IMG/VR virus record: IMGVR_UViG_3300037042_004723
Location: 1-64,000 of that record
Length of the DNA stretch: 64,000 bases
Source of the DNA: a virus
Direction: 5' to 3' (one strand)
Position numbers and translations under genes: made by a program. Under the pieces are notes generated by a model. That model saw only the letters and a program-made list of their open reading frames with translations, did no database searches and was not told the DNA's origin. This document shows positions 36,612-45,664 of this stretch, one piece after another; the stretch's first letter is position 1, and each line of letters starts with the position of its first letter.

Positions 36612-36992
36612 ATGACAAAGACAATCAATCAGCCAGAAGAGCACGTTCCGGCGGCTCAGATGTTCCGCAGGGCGCTCGAAAAGACGCTGGAGGCGCTCCA
36701 GGCCATGAAGGACGCGCACCACGCAACGATCAAGGCGCACGGGTTCAGCGCGAGTACGGAGGGCACGCTGTTCGATAGCGTGGTGCCCGTGGTCGATGTG
36801 ATCTCCACGATGCTCGCCAGGAACGTTGCCTTCGTTGAGGAGCAAGATAAGAAGTGGTTGGCGGCCCGTCGCATCGTTTCGCAGTTGGACGAGGACGCTC
36901 CGGCCGTGCCGCCGGGGCTGATCCTTCGCGATGGGGTGGAGTATGGATGTCACAATGATGCATGTCGAGATTGCTATGAGGGGGGAAGTTAA
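36612..36992 (+). CDS. Hypothetical protein
   Basis: Divergent class-1 promoter 6 nt before ATG. Confidence 0.7.
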   Translation: MTKTINQPEEHVPAAQMFRRALEKTLEALQAMKDAHHATIKAHGFSASTEGTLFDSVVPVVDVISTMLARNVAFVEEQDKKWLAARRIVSQLDEDAPAVPPGLILRDGVEYGCHNDACRDCYEGGS

Positions 36993-37099
36993 GTAGTCGG
37001 CGGGCTTCGGCCCAGTCCGAAGAGAGAAAACTCTTAGAGTTTTCCGGCCTGTCGGCGGGCTTCGGGCCGGCAGCGCGGGCGGGTGCTAGCGGGCGACCC

Positions 37100-37339
37100 T
37101 CACGCGGCCACCTTGCGCTCGATCAGCAGCGCCCACCTGATCGCTGTGACCTTCACCACGTCGTGCCCGTCGAGCGCGGCGCGGATGGCGGTGCGCTGGC
37201 GCGCGGCCTCCTCGGTGGTGCGCGCCGACACGATCCCCTCCGGGATCAGCAGCGTGATCGGCGCATCGGCAAGATCACCCGTCCAGGTCAGGCCGGTGTA
37301 GTCGCCGCCGACGACCGTGACCGTGACCGGCAGGCTCAC
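37100..37339 (-). CDS. Hypothetical protein (high-GC)
   Basis: GTG start coupled to upstream gene. Confidence 0.55.
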   Translation of the reverse strand: MSLPVTVTVVGGDYTGLTWTGDLADAPITLLIPEGIVSARTTEEAARQRTAIRAALDGHDVVKVTAIRWALLIERKVAA

Positions 37340-38142
37340 GACGCCACCTCGACCAGCAGCGCGCGGCCGAGCGCGCTGGTCGCGGGGTCGTCGCCGTAGT
37401 CGTCCTCGATCCTGCCAGCCTCGACGAGGGCGTCGATCACGCCCCGGAGGTCGCCGTCCTCGTAGGCCACGACGGCGCGCTCCAGCGCCTCGACGCACCC
37501 GCGCGCGGCATCGAGGGCCGTCCTCGCGTACTCCACGGCCGACTCGTAGGCGGCGCGCTCCTCGTCCGACGCGCCGGCCGGGCACTCGGCGGCGACGATT
37601 TCCGCGTCGCGGAGGCCGTCTAGCTGCTCGATCGTACAGACGGGGTGAGTGACCTCTCCCTGGTCGCGCCCGTCCTCGCTGTACCAGCCGGCCGAGTAGC
37701 CGAGTCCGTCGTACCAGTCCTCCACGTCCTCGTGGTCCGTGGAGGCGTCCGGCCGGAGGACGACCAGCCGGTCCTGGTACTCCACGCTCACGCGGCGGAC
37801 CAGCGGTGCCGCGTACCGGATCGAGTGGGTGCCCGTGGCCGTGAGATCGATCTGGGACGACCAGTCCACCGACCAGCCCTCCGGGATCTCCGCCTCGACA
37901 GTCTCGGCGTCCTGCGCCCCGTAGACGACGCGCGGGCCGTTCGGGCCGTCGAGGGTGATCTGGATCTCGGTTGGCTCGATTGGCTCGGGTTCGTCGTTCT
38001 CGTCGTCCTCGCTGGAGTGGAGGTAGAGAACCTCGTTACGCTCGTCCGCCATCCGCTGCGCGATCCGGTGCGCGAGGTGGTCCACGAGTCCCGTGGTAAT
38101 CTGGTTGCCGTGGCCGTCGTCGATTGAGTAGGTCGTGTACAT
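37336..38142 (-). CDS. Acidic hypothetical protein (high-GC)
   Basis: 268 aa; class-1 promoter 6 nt before ATG. Confidence 0.75.
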   Translation of the reverse strand: MYTTYSIDDGHGNQITTGLVDHLAHRIAQRMADERNEVLYLHSSEDDENDEPEPIEPTEIQITLDGPNGPRVVYGAQDAETVEAEIPEGWSVDWSSQIDLTATGTHSIRYAAPLVRRVSVEYQDRLVVLRPDASTDHEDVEDWYDGLGYSAGWYSEDGRDQGEVTHPVCTIEQLDGLRDAEIVAAECPAGASDEERAAYESAVEYARTALDAARGCVEALERAVVAYEDGDLRGVIDALVEAGRIEDDYGDDPATSALGRALLVEVAS

Positions 38143-38210
38143 GTTCTCACTACAACTAGGGTTGGTGGTTTTTTCGCGAAAAAGTGAGCCCCCACAGTTG
38201 TAGTGAAACC

Positions 38211-38465
38211 ATGAGCAAGACCATCAAGGAACTGGCGCAGGAAGCCCTGGACGTTCAGAATGCCTGCAACCTGACGGCGGTTATCCAGTCTTTCGCCCGC
38301 GCGATGATTGACCTGGGCGAGCACGTCAAGGGCACCGATGCCCGCAACTCTCACCCCGTCACGGTCCTCTGGGCGGACAAGGTGGCCCACCTAACGGGCA
38401 TCCAGGATATCGGCAACGACGCCACCATGAAGGCATACAACGCGGTCTACGCCTTGGCCGCCTGA
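38211..38465 (+). CDS. Hypothetical protein
   Basis: Class-1 promoter 6 nt before ATG. Confidence 0.75.
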   Translation: MSKTIKELAQEALDVQNACNLTAVIQSFARAMIDLGEHVKGTDARNSHPVTVLWADKVAHLTGIQDIGNDATMKAYNAVYALAA

Positions 38466-38593
38466 CAGCTTCGACGAGCTAGCCCGAGGCGCAAGCACGC
38501 TGCCAGCACGGGGCCGAGGGATAATGCAGCTGCTCGTCACCATGGTTCAGAAAACTCTAAGAGTTTTCCGACACACGGCTTACGCCGGGCTGG

Positions 38594-39238
38594 CTAGATG
38601 CTCACACCGTCGCCGCAGGTCTTGCAGTCCGGGTTGATGCCGCCATCCATCCCGCAGTCGTCGCACCCGTGGGTCTGGTCCCATAGCTCGTTGACTTCAT
38701 CCTCGACGTACTGAACCGCGCCATCCAGGTCCTTGGCCTCGCACGGCAGGTAGACCGGAGATGCGGTTACCTCCGCGTCAGTGCCCTCGACGATGCTCCC
38801 CATGAGAAACATCCCGTTGTGCGGCTCCATGATGGGCACGTCCACCGTATCGGTCAGCTCGAAGCTGGAACGCCCCTTGGCTTCCAGGGTGAGGAACTCC
38901 TGCATCCCGTTGTCCGTGACCGGCGGGACGATGGAGTCGAACGGGGGCCAAAAGTACTCCAGCACCGCACGGGGCACCTTGCTGTCGATCACCCGGTCAC
39001 CATTGAACGAGAACATCCCACGCTCCCAGATGCCGTCCACCTTGCGGAAGTAGCAGGTCCACGTCTCCTGACGCTTGCCGACCTGACGCAGACCGGGCGT
39101 GGTAATGCTCGCCCACGCTCCGCAGTCCGTATCCTTGTAGAGCCGGCGGCTCAGGCGCGCGTTGCTGTGCTCCAGGTTGTCGGGCTCAAAGTCCGCGTCG
39201 AAGTGCGCGAACAGATCCTCAATGGTCTTGATGCTCAT
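38594..39238 (-). CDS. Hypothetical protein with C-terminal Cys motifs
   Basis: YKDTDCGAW; GCDDC...CKTC; class-1 promoter. Confidence 0.75.
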   Translation of the reverse strand: MSIKTIEDLFAHFDADFEPDNLEHSNARLSRRLYKDTDCGAWASITTPGLRQVGKRQETWTCYFRKVDGIWERGMFSFNGDRVIDSKVPRAVLEYFWPPFDSIVPPVTDNGMQEFLTLEAKGRSSFELTDTVDVPIMEPHNGMFLMGSIVEGTDAEVTASPVYLPCEAKDLDGAVQYVEDEVNELWDQTHGCDDCGMDGGINPDCKTCGDGVSI

Positions 39239-39269
39239 GACTTTACTACACCTGCGAGGGTTGGAATTT

Positions 39270-39410
39270 TCACGAAGTGGAAATGACCACACTCATCGCA
39301 TCGCATGAATCTTCACCGGAGTACCCGCAGAGCGACGGCACCTCGATGACGGTTCCGACCACGGCGGCGTAGTCGGCTCGGGCTTTCTCGATGGCTTCTT
39401 CCAGGGTCAT
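39270..39410 (-). CDS. Small hypothetical protein (46 aa)
   Basis: Class-1 promoter 6 nt before ATG. Confidence 0.5.
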   Translation of the reverse strand: MTLEEAIEKARADYAAVVGTVIEVPSLCGYSGEDSCDAMSVVISTS

Positions 39411-39530
39411 GGTCCTACTACAACTGAGGTCGCCGGTTTTTTCTCGGACCATGGTGCAGGTACGGCCCGGAAAACTCTAAGAGTTTTCTCAACCGCCTCA
39501 CAGGCTGAAGCGGTTTCCCGCCTCAGCCTC

Positions 39531-39704
39531 TCAGAAGGTTGGGGTGTGAACGATGTCGGCGCGCATGACGGTCACCTCGTAGGTCTTTTTGGCCTTGAGG
39601 ATTGCGGCGGCGAGCTGCTGCGCCTCATACGAGGTCACCGCGAAGACCTCGCAGCGCTTGCCCCGGTACAGCCCGACGAATGGATGCTTGGTGGTTTCGC
39701 TCAT
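39531..39704 (-). CDS. Small hypothetical protein (57 aa, MSETTKHPF...)
   Basis: Manual translation; class-1 promoter 6 nt before ATG. Confidence 0.7.
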   Translation of the reverse strand: MSETTKHPFVGLYRGKRCEVFAVTSYEAQQLAAAILKAKKTYEVTVMRADIVHTPTF

Positions 39705-39951
39705 GGCCTTACTACAACTGAGCTAGGCCAACTTTTCAGCGAAGTTCTCGGCCAGCCGCTCACGCTTGCGAGCCGCCCAGCCCTCAGCGATGGAGCACGA
39801 CTCGGCACACGCCGCAATTCCCCGAGTGGTTTCCTTTTTGCCCTGAGAAAACTCTTAGAGTTTTCCGAATCCGCCGTCAGTCGATGCCCTCCCAGGCGTC
39901 CGTTGCTCTGGCGGGCAAGATCGCCCGTGGTGCGCTGCGAGGTCGCGTATT

Positions 39952-40566
39952 TCAGCCGACCACGCGACCGACGACCGCGCGCGGCTCGTAGGGCTTCGCG
40001 CTCTCGATGTGGTAGGTCGCCAACGTCTTGCCCTCGTCGCCGATATGGCGCTTGGCGAGGGCGTAGGCGTCAGCCTCGGTTTCCGCCTCAATAATGAGGC
40101 GGCTCTGAGGGTTGTAGTTGGTTGGGATGCGCGAGTAGAGCACGCACCACGTCGGCAGTGCGGGCGGAGTGACGATCACCTGAGGCTCCTTCGCGTATTT
40201 CAGCTTGAGAAGGTTGTCGATAAGCTTCATCACGATGCGCGGGTTCGCCTGGTCAGAGAACTTTTCCGCCGCGTCGTCGCTTGCCTCGTCGCTTGCGGCG
40301 GCCTTCGCGCAGGCGCGCAGGTTCAACAGGTCCAACTCGGTAAGCGTGTCCCCTACCGAGCCGTAGCGGTCGTCAACGTCATCGAGGACAGCTTCCAGTG
40401 ACTCGAACTCGTTGCCGTCGATCCGGTAGACCCACCTGTTGGGGAGGTCATCGACCGTGATCGTTTGCCCCCGGTACTCAACGCTGAGGTCGCCCTCATC
40501 GACGCGGAGGGCAACGAGGTCTCGCTCGCTCGCTGTCATTTTCTTTTTCTTTTTTGCGATGCTCAT
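39952..40566 (-). CDS. Hypothetical protein (MSIAKKKKK...)
   Basis: Class-1 promoter defines the start at 40566. Confidence 0.7.
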   Translation of the reverse strand: MSIAKKKKKMTASERDLVALRVDEGDLSVEYRGQTITVDDLPNRWVYRIDGNEFESLEAVLDDVDDRYGSVGDTLTELDLLNLRACAKAAASDEASDDAAEKFSDQANPRIVMKLIDNLLKLKYAKEPQVIVTPPALPTWCVLYSRIPTNYNPQSRLIIEAETEADAYALAKRHIGDEGKTLATYHIESAKPYEPRAVVGRVVG

Positions 40567-40597
40567 GTTCTCACTACAACTGGGGTTGGATGTTTTT

Positions 40598-40870
40598 TCA
40601 GCTGAAGATGCCGGAGCGCGTATCCACCTGGCACTGCTTACCAGGGTTGGCGACGAGGAAGGCGCACGCCTCTCGGGCCGAACGGAAGTACGGCAACGGC
40701 TGGCCGTCCTCGGTGAGCCCACAGCGGGCGTCGTAGGCGTCACGGGTGTAGACCCGATCCGGACCGTTCCCGCCGTTGTAGCCCAGCGTGCGGACGTTGT
40801 TGAGGTCGCCGTCCGGACTCCAGACAATCCAGACCGATTCCGTTCTCTGCTTGAGCTGTGCGTTTGCCAT
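40598..40870 (-). CDS. Hypothetical protein
   Basis: Class-1 promoter 6 nt before ATG. Confidence 0.75.
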   Translation of the reverse strand: MANAQLKQRTESVWIVWSPDGDLNNVRTLGYNGGNGPDRVYTRDAYDARCGLTEDGQPLPYFRSAREACAFLVANPGKQCQVDTRSGIFS

Positions 40871-40939
40871 GCCCTTACTACAACTGAGCTAGCTAGCATT
40901 TTCGTTGAAAATTCAGGCTGGCTCAGTTGTAGTTACGTT

Positions 40940-41046
40940 GCTTGCTTGGCGCGTACGTGGACAGCCCTCAAGCCCGAAGTAGTCGTAGGCTGGCGACGAA
41001 AGGGTGAGAGCCACGTATGGGGGTTCGATTCCCCCTGGCATTACTA
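40940..41046 (+). ncRNA. Putative ncRNA with a tRNA-like T-arm
   Basis: TTGAAA-17-TGTAGT (40928), no ATG; UACGUGG/CCACGUA helix then GGGGG-UUCGAUU-CCCCC. Confidence 0.65.
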
Positions 41047-41205
41047 TTTGAAAATTGAAGTAGCGGTTCAGTCCGTCATAAAAGGCACCCTCCCCAGCCG
41101 GTACTCAGGCCATGTCATGGGAGCTACTGACCTTCAATTTTCTGTTTCAAGTGGAAAACTCTAAGAGTTTTCTCCCCGTCACCTGGCCCGAAGGCCGGGG
41201 CTGCA

Positions 41206-41736
41206 CTAGCCCAGCAGCTGGGCCAGTGCAGCCTTCGCCCGGCTGGCCATGGCCACGGTCACGCCCACCTCACGGGCCGCATCGGTCCACGACTGGCTAC
41301 GCATGAACGCTTCAACAACGGCACGGTGAACCGGCTTGAGCGACGCAACGGCTGCGCGAACCCCCGCAATCTCCTGGCCCCTCACCATGTCGAGGTGCGG
41401 ATCACTGTCGGCGGGCAACGCCTCAGCCACGGGGATGCTGCGCCCGTCGTCGCTCACGACCTGGGGCATCTGAGACTCGAACCTGTGATGAGCCAAGCGC
41501 AGCCAGTTGTGTGCGCGGTACTTCGCAAAGCACGTGAAGTGTGACCGGGCCGAACCCTTGCCCGCATCGAAGGTACGCACGCCGTAGTCGAGCGCCTCGA
41601 CCATGACGCGGCTCATGCACTCGTCGAGGTCGCTCTCGGTGGAGTAGCGCGACCGGCGCAGCACGTTAGCCACGGTGGCGCGCATGGCGGGAAGGACGGT
41701 TAGAATCTCGGAGTGAATCGCTTTGGTGTTCAGCAT
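41206..41736 (-). CDS. ECF-like sigma-70 factor, paralog 1
   Basis: FDAGKGSARSHF...AHNWLR (region 2) and C-terminal HTH; TTGACA-17-TATGAT-7-ATG places the start at MLNTK. Confidence 0.75.
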   Translation of the reverse strand: MLNTKAIHSEILTVLPAMRATVANVLRRSRYSTESDLDECMSRVMVEALDYGVRTFDAGKGSARSHFTCFAKYRAHNWLRLAHHRFESQMPQVVSDDGRSIPVAEALPADSDPHLDMVRGQEIAGVRAAVASLKPVHRAVVEAFMRSQSWTDAAREVGVTVAMASRAKAALAQLLG

Positions 41737-41857
41737 GGTAAGAATCATATACTAAGGGATTGTCAATGTCAACACCTAAGATGGCCATACTGAAGATCTT
41801 TTTGAGAAAACTCAATCAAAGCAATGCAAGAGCGGGCAACCCTTGCGTTACTTCTGA

Positions 41858-42640
41858 TCAGCCGCCCGGCGTGGCCGAAGCTTCGAGCTTCGATCCGCAG
41901 CACGGGCAGAGCCCCGAGCGATCGGACTGGACGTGCAGCTTGCCCGCCTCCCACGACTCGCCCTTGTCCTGCTCCGTGCGATCGTACGCCTCTAATTGCG
42001 TCTTAGCGCCGAAGCCAGCCGCGCCATCACGATACCAATTGTTCGCGTTGTCGGTGTCCCAGCATGCGCCGCAAGCGTCACGATCGCCCGTGCAGTAGAT
42101 GGAAGCCCGAGCATTATCGAAAATGCTCATTTCCTCGCCGCTCACCTCGAACACGCGGGGCCGCGTGTAGCCGCCCCGGACATCCGCTCCGCCGTGGATT
42201 GAGAGCACCACGTATGCCTGGAAATCCAGAACGAAATAAGTGAACTGAATAACCTGGGAAAGGAGATCTTCCCCGTTGTACGTGTTGACGGTCACGGGAT
42301 TCTCATCATTGTAGATGCCACGGGGCCGGTTCTCGCCCTTGCCGAGGTACTCAAGCCAGAGCCCGACGAGCGCGAAACACGACTCGTCCTTGTGCTCCGC
42401 CCTCGCACAGAAGCGGCGGAACTTCTGATCCATGGACTTGGACAGCGTGAGGCGGTCCGCGAGCCAGTGGTACACGTTGAGCGTGACTTCGATCCCGTAC
42501 TTGAAATCGAGGGTAGCCAGTGGTTCCGCATCGAACTTGCGACCCTGGTTACGCTGCCACGCGCGACCGTTCGTGCCGCCGCTGTCGAGGAAGTGGGTGC
42601 CCGTGTTCTCCGTCAGCATATTTGCGATGGTGTTGTTCAT
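41858..42640 (-). CDS. Conserved phage hypothetical protein (260 aa)
   Basis: ENTGTHFLDSGG...R.WQRN, HGGADVRGGYT; class-1 promoter. Confidence 0.8.
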   Translation of the reverse strand: MNNTIANMLTENTGTHFLDSGGTNGRAWQRNQGRKFDAEPLATLDFKYGIEVTLNVYHWLADRLTLSKSMDQKFRRFCARAEHKDESCFALVGLWLEYLGKGENRPRGIYNDENPVTVNTYNGEDLLSQVIQFTYFVLDFQAYVVLSIHGGADVRGGYTRPRVFEVSGEEMSIFDNARASIYCTGDRDACGACWDTDNANNWYRDGAAGFGAKTQLEAYDRTEQDKGESWEAGKLHVQSDRSGLCPCCGSKLEASATPGG

Positions 42641-42708
42641 GTCTCTACTACAACTGGACTAGCTGAGATTTTCGCGAAATTGCATGGGCCCTCAGTTGTA
42701 GTCTATGC

Positions 42709-42918
42709 ATGAGGAAACAAATATCAGTCCACACGGCAACACCTGGGGATCTCGTTCGTCTCGCGCGTGAGAATGGATACGAGATTCTCCCCGGCAGGGG
42801 AAAGGGATCACACATCGTCCTAACCAAAGCAGGTTCACCAAATGTCACAATCCCAGGCGGAAAGCATGTCGGCCGCAACGTGGTCCGCCGCATGATAAAG
42901 GTAATCATGGCAGCATGA
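42709..42918 (+). CDS. hicA: HicA-family toxin-like protein (no HicB seen)
   Basis: GY....RGKGSHIVLTK.G...VTIP...VGRNVVRRMIK; class-1 promoter 6 nt before ATG. Confidence 0.75.
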   Translation: MRKQISVHTATPGDLVRLARENGYEILPGRGKGSHIVLTKAGSPNVTIPGGKHVGRNVVRRMIKVIMAA

Positions 42919-42989
42919 AGCAAGGCAAGGGGGGCTCGGCATCCCCCGAGCCACACACTCGGAAAACTCTAAGAGTTTTCTCTCCTGCC

Positions 42990-43136
42990 TCACGGCACCT
43001 TCACCGAAGTGGCTGCCGCCTGGGCGAACGAGGTTGTTTCGCCCGGTCGGGTCATGTTCATCTGGGCCATGCGAGACTTCATCCAGCGCCAGAACTCCTT
43101 GGCGCACCATGGACACTGTGGGCTGCAATTCTTCAT
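42990..43136 (-). CDS. Small hypothetical protein (48 aa, MKNCSPQCPWC...)
   Basis: Manual translation; class-1 promoter 6 nt before ATG. Confidence 0.6.
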   Translation of the reverse strand: MKNCSPQCPWCAKEFWRWMKSRMAQMNMTRPGETTSFAQAAATSVKVP

Positions 43137-43206
43137 GCAAAGACTACAACTGAGCTAGCTCAGATTTTCAGGTGAAAAAACCAGCTAGCTGAATTGTAGT
43201 AAGGGC

Positions 43207-43575
43207 ATGACCAAGAATACACTGACCGTTATCGTCTGCCGCGTGGGCCAGTTGGCCGTGGTTGAGCAGATGGCCCCTGGGCTCAAGCCCATGCAGGACA
43301 TCGTGGGCGGGCACATCGAGTGCGTCGGCCTGGAAGGCACGCCCTTTGAGCACGGTATCGACCTGTGGTGCGATGAAGAGTTCCTCCTCAAGGACTACAA
43401 GCCAAACCGAACGATCGGCCCCCGGCTTGTCATCCACGGTGATTTCTTCATCGCCGCTCATGACGGGGAGGGCGAAACCCTTGGGCTCACCGATGCAGAG
43501 GTCGCCCGCCTCTTGCCCAAGGTGAAGTCGTGGCCGGTCTTCCTTGGTGCCGGGCTCACGGTTCAGGAGGTCTAA
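43207..43575 (+). CDS. DUF3846-like protein
   Basis: L..MQDIVGGHIECV...LWCDEE......PNR...I.GDFFI. Confidence 0.75.
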   Translation: MTKNTLTVIVCRVGQLAVVEQMAPGLKPMQDIVGGHIECVGLEGTPFEHGIDLWCDEEFLLKDYKPNRTIGPRLVIHGDFFIAAHDGEGETLGLTDAEVARLLPKVKSWPVFLGAGLTVQEV

Positions 43576-43647
43576 CCGGTCGGGCTACGGCCTTGGCCCG
43601 GTAAAACTCTAGACGCCCGGAGGGCGCAAGCGCCGACGCCAGCCGGC

Positions 43648-43941
43648 CTAGCCGAGCACCGCGAACTCGTGGCGACCGCCGCCCAGCTTGCTCCCGCAGC
43701 ACCCGCACGAGCGCCACGAGAACTCATCACAGCCCTTGCCCGCCTCGCTGTCGAAGTTCGGCACGAGATTAGGGCCGAGCGACGCCAGCCCGGCGTTCAC
43801 CTCAGCGATGCGCGCGTCACGCTTGGCCTCAGCCTCAGCGCCCCGCCCGTTCATCTGGTAGTCGAAGATGGAGTAGTCGCCGTTGACGGCGACCGTGGTG
43901 CAGTCGTCGCAGAGTAGGATTCCGTCCCTGATGATTTCCAT
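43648..43941 (-). CDS. Cys-containing hypothetical protein
   Basis: LCDDC...FSWRSCGCCG; class-1 promoter. Confidence 0.75.
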   Translation of the reverse strand: MEIIRDGILLCDDCTTVAVNGDYSIFDYQMNGRGAEAEAKRDARIAEVNAGLASLGPNLVPNFDSEAGKGCDEFSWRSCGCCGSKLGGGRHEFAVLG

Positions 43942-44011
43942 GTAGCAACTACAACTGAGCTAGCTCAGGTTTTCAGGTGAAAATACCGGCGCTCTCAGTT
44001 GTAGTAGCTAC

Positions 44012-44221
44012 ATGAAGAACAACATCACCGAGTACAGCGACGAGGAACTGAGCCTCACCGTCATGAACGACTACCAGCTCTACAAGATGCGCCGCCTACC
44101 GCTGCGCCACCTGCGCGCGACGCTGGAGGAGATTTTCATCTTCACCACCGATCAGTGGGTCGATCTGGTCGAGACCATCGAGGCCGACCTGGCCGAGGGC
44201 GACGAGGCGACGAGCAACTAA
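44012..44221 (+). CDS. Hypothetical protein
   Basis: Class-1 promoter 6 nt before ATG. Confidence 0.75.
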   Translation: MKNNITEYSDEELSLTVMNDYQLYKMRRLPLRHLRATLEEIFIFTTDQWVDLVETIEADLAEGDEATSN

Positions 44222-44311
44222 GGCTCGGGGCTACGGCCCACTGGAAGAAAACTCTAAGAGTTTTCTGAACCACCTCACAGGCTGAGGCGGTTGCCTGTCA
44301 GATTCCGACGG

Positions 44312-44512
44312 CTAGTGCGTCTTCTTCCCGTAGCTGATGCGGAACCACACCCCGCCGTGCATCGCGGCGTCACTCTTGCCCACGAAGCATTTGAAGTCGG
44401 CGTGCTTCAGGTCGGCGGGCATGTTGCGTACGCCAAGCCTCATCGCCCCTGCGCGGGTCATGGGCTTGTCGAACGTGTGTAGACCGCATTTCACGAACAG
44501 CTTTTCGTCCAT
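44312..44512 (-). CDS. Hypothetical protein
   Basis: Class-1-like promoter before ATG. Confidence 0.7.
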   Translation of the reverse strand: MDEKLFVKCGLHTFDKPMTRAGAMRLGVRNMPADLKHADFKCFVGKSDAAMHGGVWFRISYGKKTH

Positions 44513-44653
44513 ATCCCTACTACAATTCAGCCCTTAGAAAGTTTCGTGCGATGGAGCGAAAATTCAGTGTCAGCCAGTTGTAGTAAGACCACGAGAGCGA
44601 AATCAACCGGCCCCGATTCCCGGACGCCCCCCGATTCGCAAAGGATGATTCAG

Positions 44654-44995
44654 ATGAGCACCGCGACCAAGACCGTCCACGCCACCCTTCCCGTGTTCGT
44701 TGCCAAGCAGGAGGGCACCGTCGAGGTGACCCTCGATGAGGCGCTCGCCAACATCAAGGCGCTGCGCGCCCAGATGGCCCCGCTGGAGAAGGCCGAGAAG
44801 CAGCTTATCGAGCTGACCAAGGCCATGATGAAGGCCAAGGGCGTGGAGACGTACACCGCCCCCAGCGGTGACCGCGCGCTCTGGTCGGAGAGCCAGCGCA
44901 GCGAGTTCGACAAGGAGCTTGCCAAGGAGTTGCTCAAGGAGGATTGGGCGCGGGTCCACTCCTTCAAGACCGTCAAGAGCTTCACGGTCAAGTAG
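44654..44995 (+). CDS. Hypothetical Lys-rich helical protein
   Basis: Leadered transcript from a class-1 promoter; AAGGA before ATG. Confidence 0.7.
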   Translation: MSTATKTVHATLPVFVAKQEGTVEVTLDEALANIKALRAQMAPLEKAEKQLIELTKAMMKAKGVETYTAPSGDRALWSESQRSEFDKELAKELLKEDWARVHSFKTVKSFTVK

Positions 44996-44999
44996 GGTT

Positions 45000-45152
45000 C
45001 GTCCCCCGGGAGATAAAACCGGGCTCTGTGACCGCCAGCGCAGCACAACGCTGGACTACTGGCGGCGTCGGTTCAGCGACGTAAACATCTGTGGGAGGCT
45101 GCACACGCCCACGGCGCTCGCTCCCTGGCGGTCAGGGGGCACTTTTCTTTTC
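45000..45152 (+). ncRNA. Putative structured 3'-UTR RNA
   Basis: UGACCGCCAG (45029)/CUGGCGGUCA (45125) closes three hairpins; U-rich tail. Confidence 0.5.
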
Positions 45153-45202
45153 GGCTCAAGAAAACTCTAAGAGTTTTCCGGTTGAGGGCCGAAGCCCAGC
45201 GG

Positions 45203-45664
45203 CTAGCCCCACGAGATGTGGCGGTTGCCAGCCTTCTCGCAGATGCGGAGCATTTGCTCCGTACGCATCCGCAGGTAGCCAGGCATGCGGTCGCCCACGA
45301 TCACGCGCGGGTTCCCCGCAACGCCCATGGCAGCCGCACGGTCCTCGCCCGAGAGGGCGGGGTCGTGGTTGCGCGATTCGTCCCACAGGCGACGACGGCA
45401 ACGTGCGGCCAGTTCGGGCGCAGGAATATCCCCACCGTAATCGGCGCGGATGCTAATCCACTCCATGAATTCCAGCGCGTTGCCGTTGCCCATGTTGACT
45501 TCGGTGTCTGTGCAGTCGGAGCACGAGAACATTTCGGGCGTCTTCTGATCATTTGCCCACGCGGCATCGCACGCATCGCACCAGCGTTGCGAGCAATCGC
45601 AACGGTAGGCCCTGACCATCTGGCCAGCCGCGTTCACTTCCGTGATGTAGAACGTGATGCTCAT
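45203..45664 (-). CDS. Cys-rich hypothetical protein
   Basis: CDCS..WCDAC...CSDC; class-1 promoter. Confidence 0.75.
   Translation of the reverse strand: MSITFYITEVNAAGQMVRAYRCDCSQRWCDACDAAWANDQKTPEMFSCSDCTDTEVNMGNGNALEFMEWISIRADYGGDIPAPELAARCRRRLWDESRNHDPALSGEDRAAAMGVAGNPRVIVGDRMPGYLRMRTEQMLRICEKAGNRHISWG

Larger units (their letters stand above)
23491..44292. repeat. Hairpin family AACCGCCTCA-N5-TGAGGCGGTT, 4 copies
   Basis: 23491-23515, 35609-35633, 39491-39515, 44268-44292 (1-2 mismatches each). Confidence 0.7.

Noticed and set aside
40940-41046. Canonical tRNA or tmRNA gene
   Set aside because: Acceptor stem only 5/7, no proper D and anticodon arms, far too short for tmRNA; kept as an unclassified ncRNA
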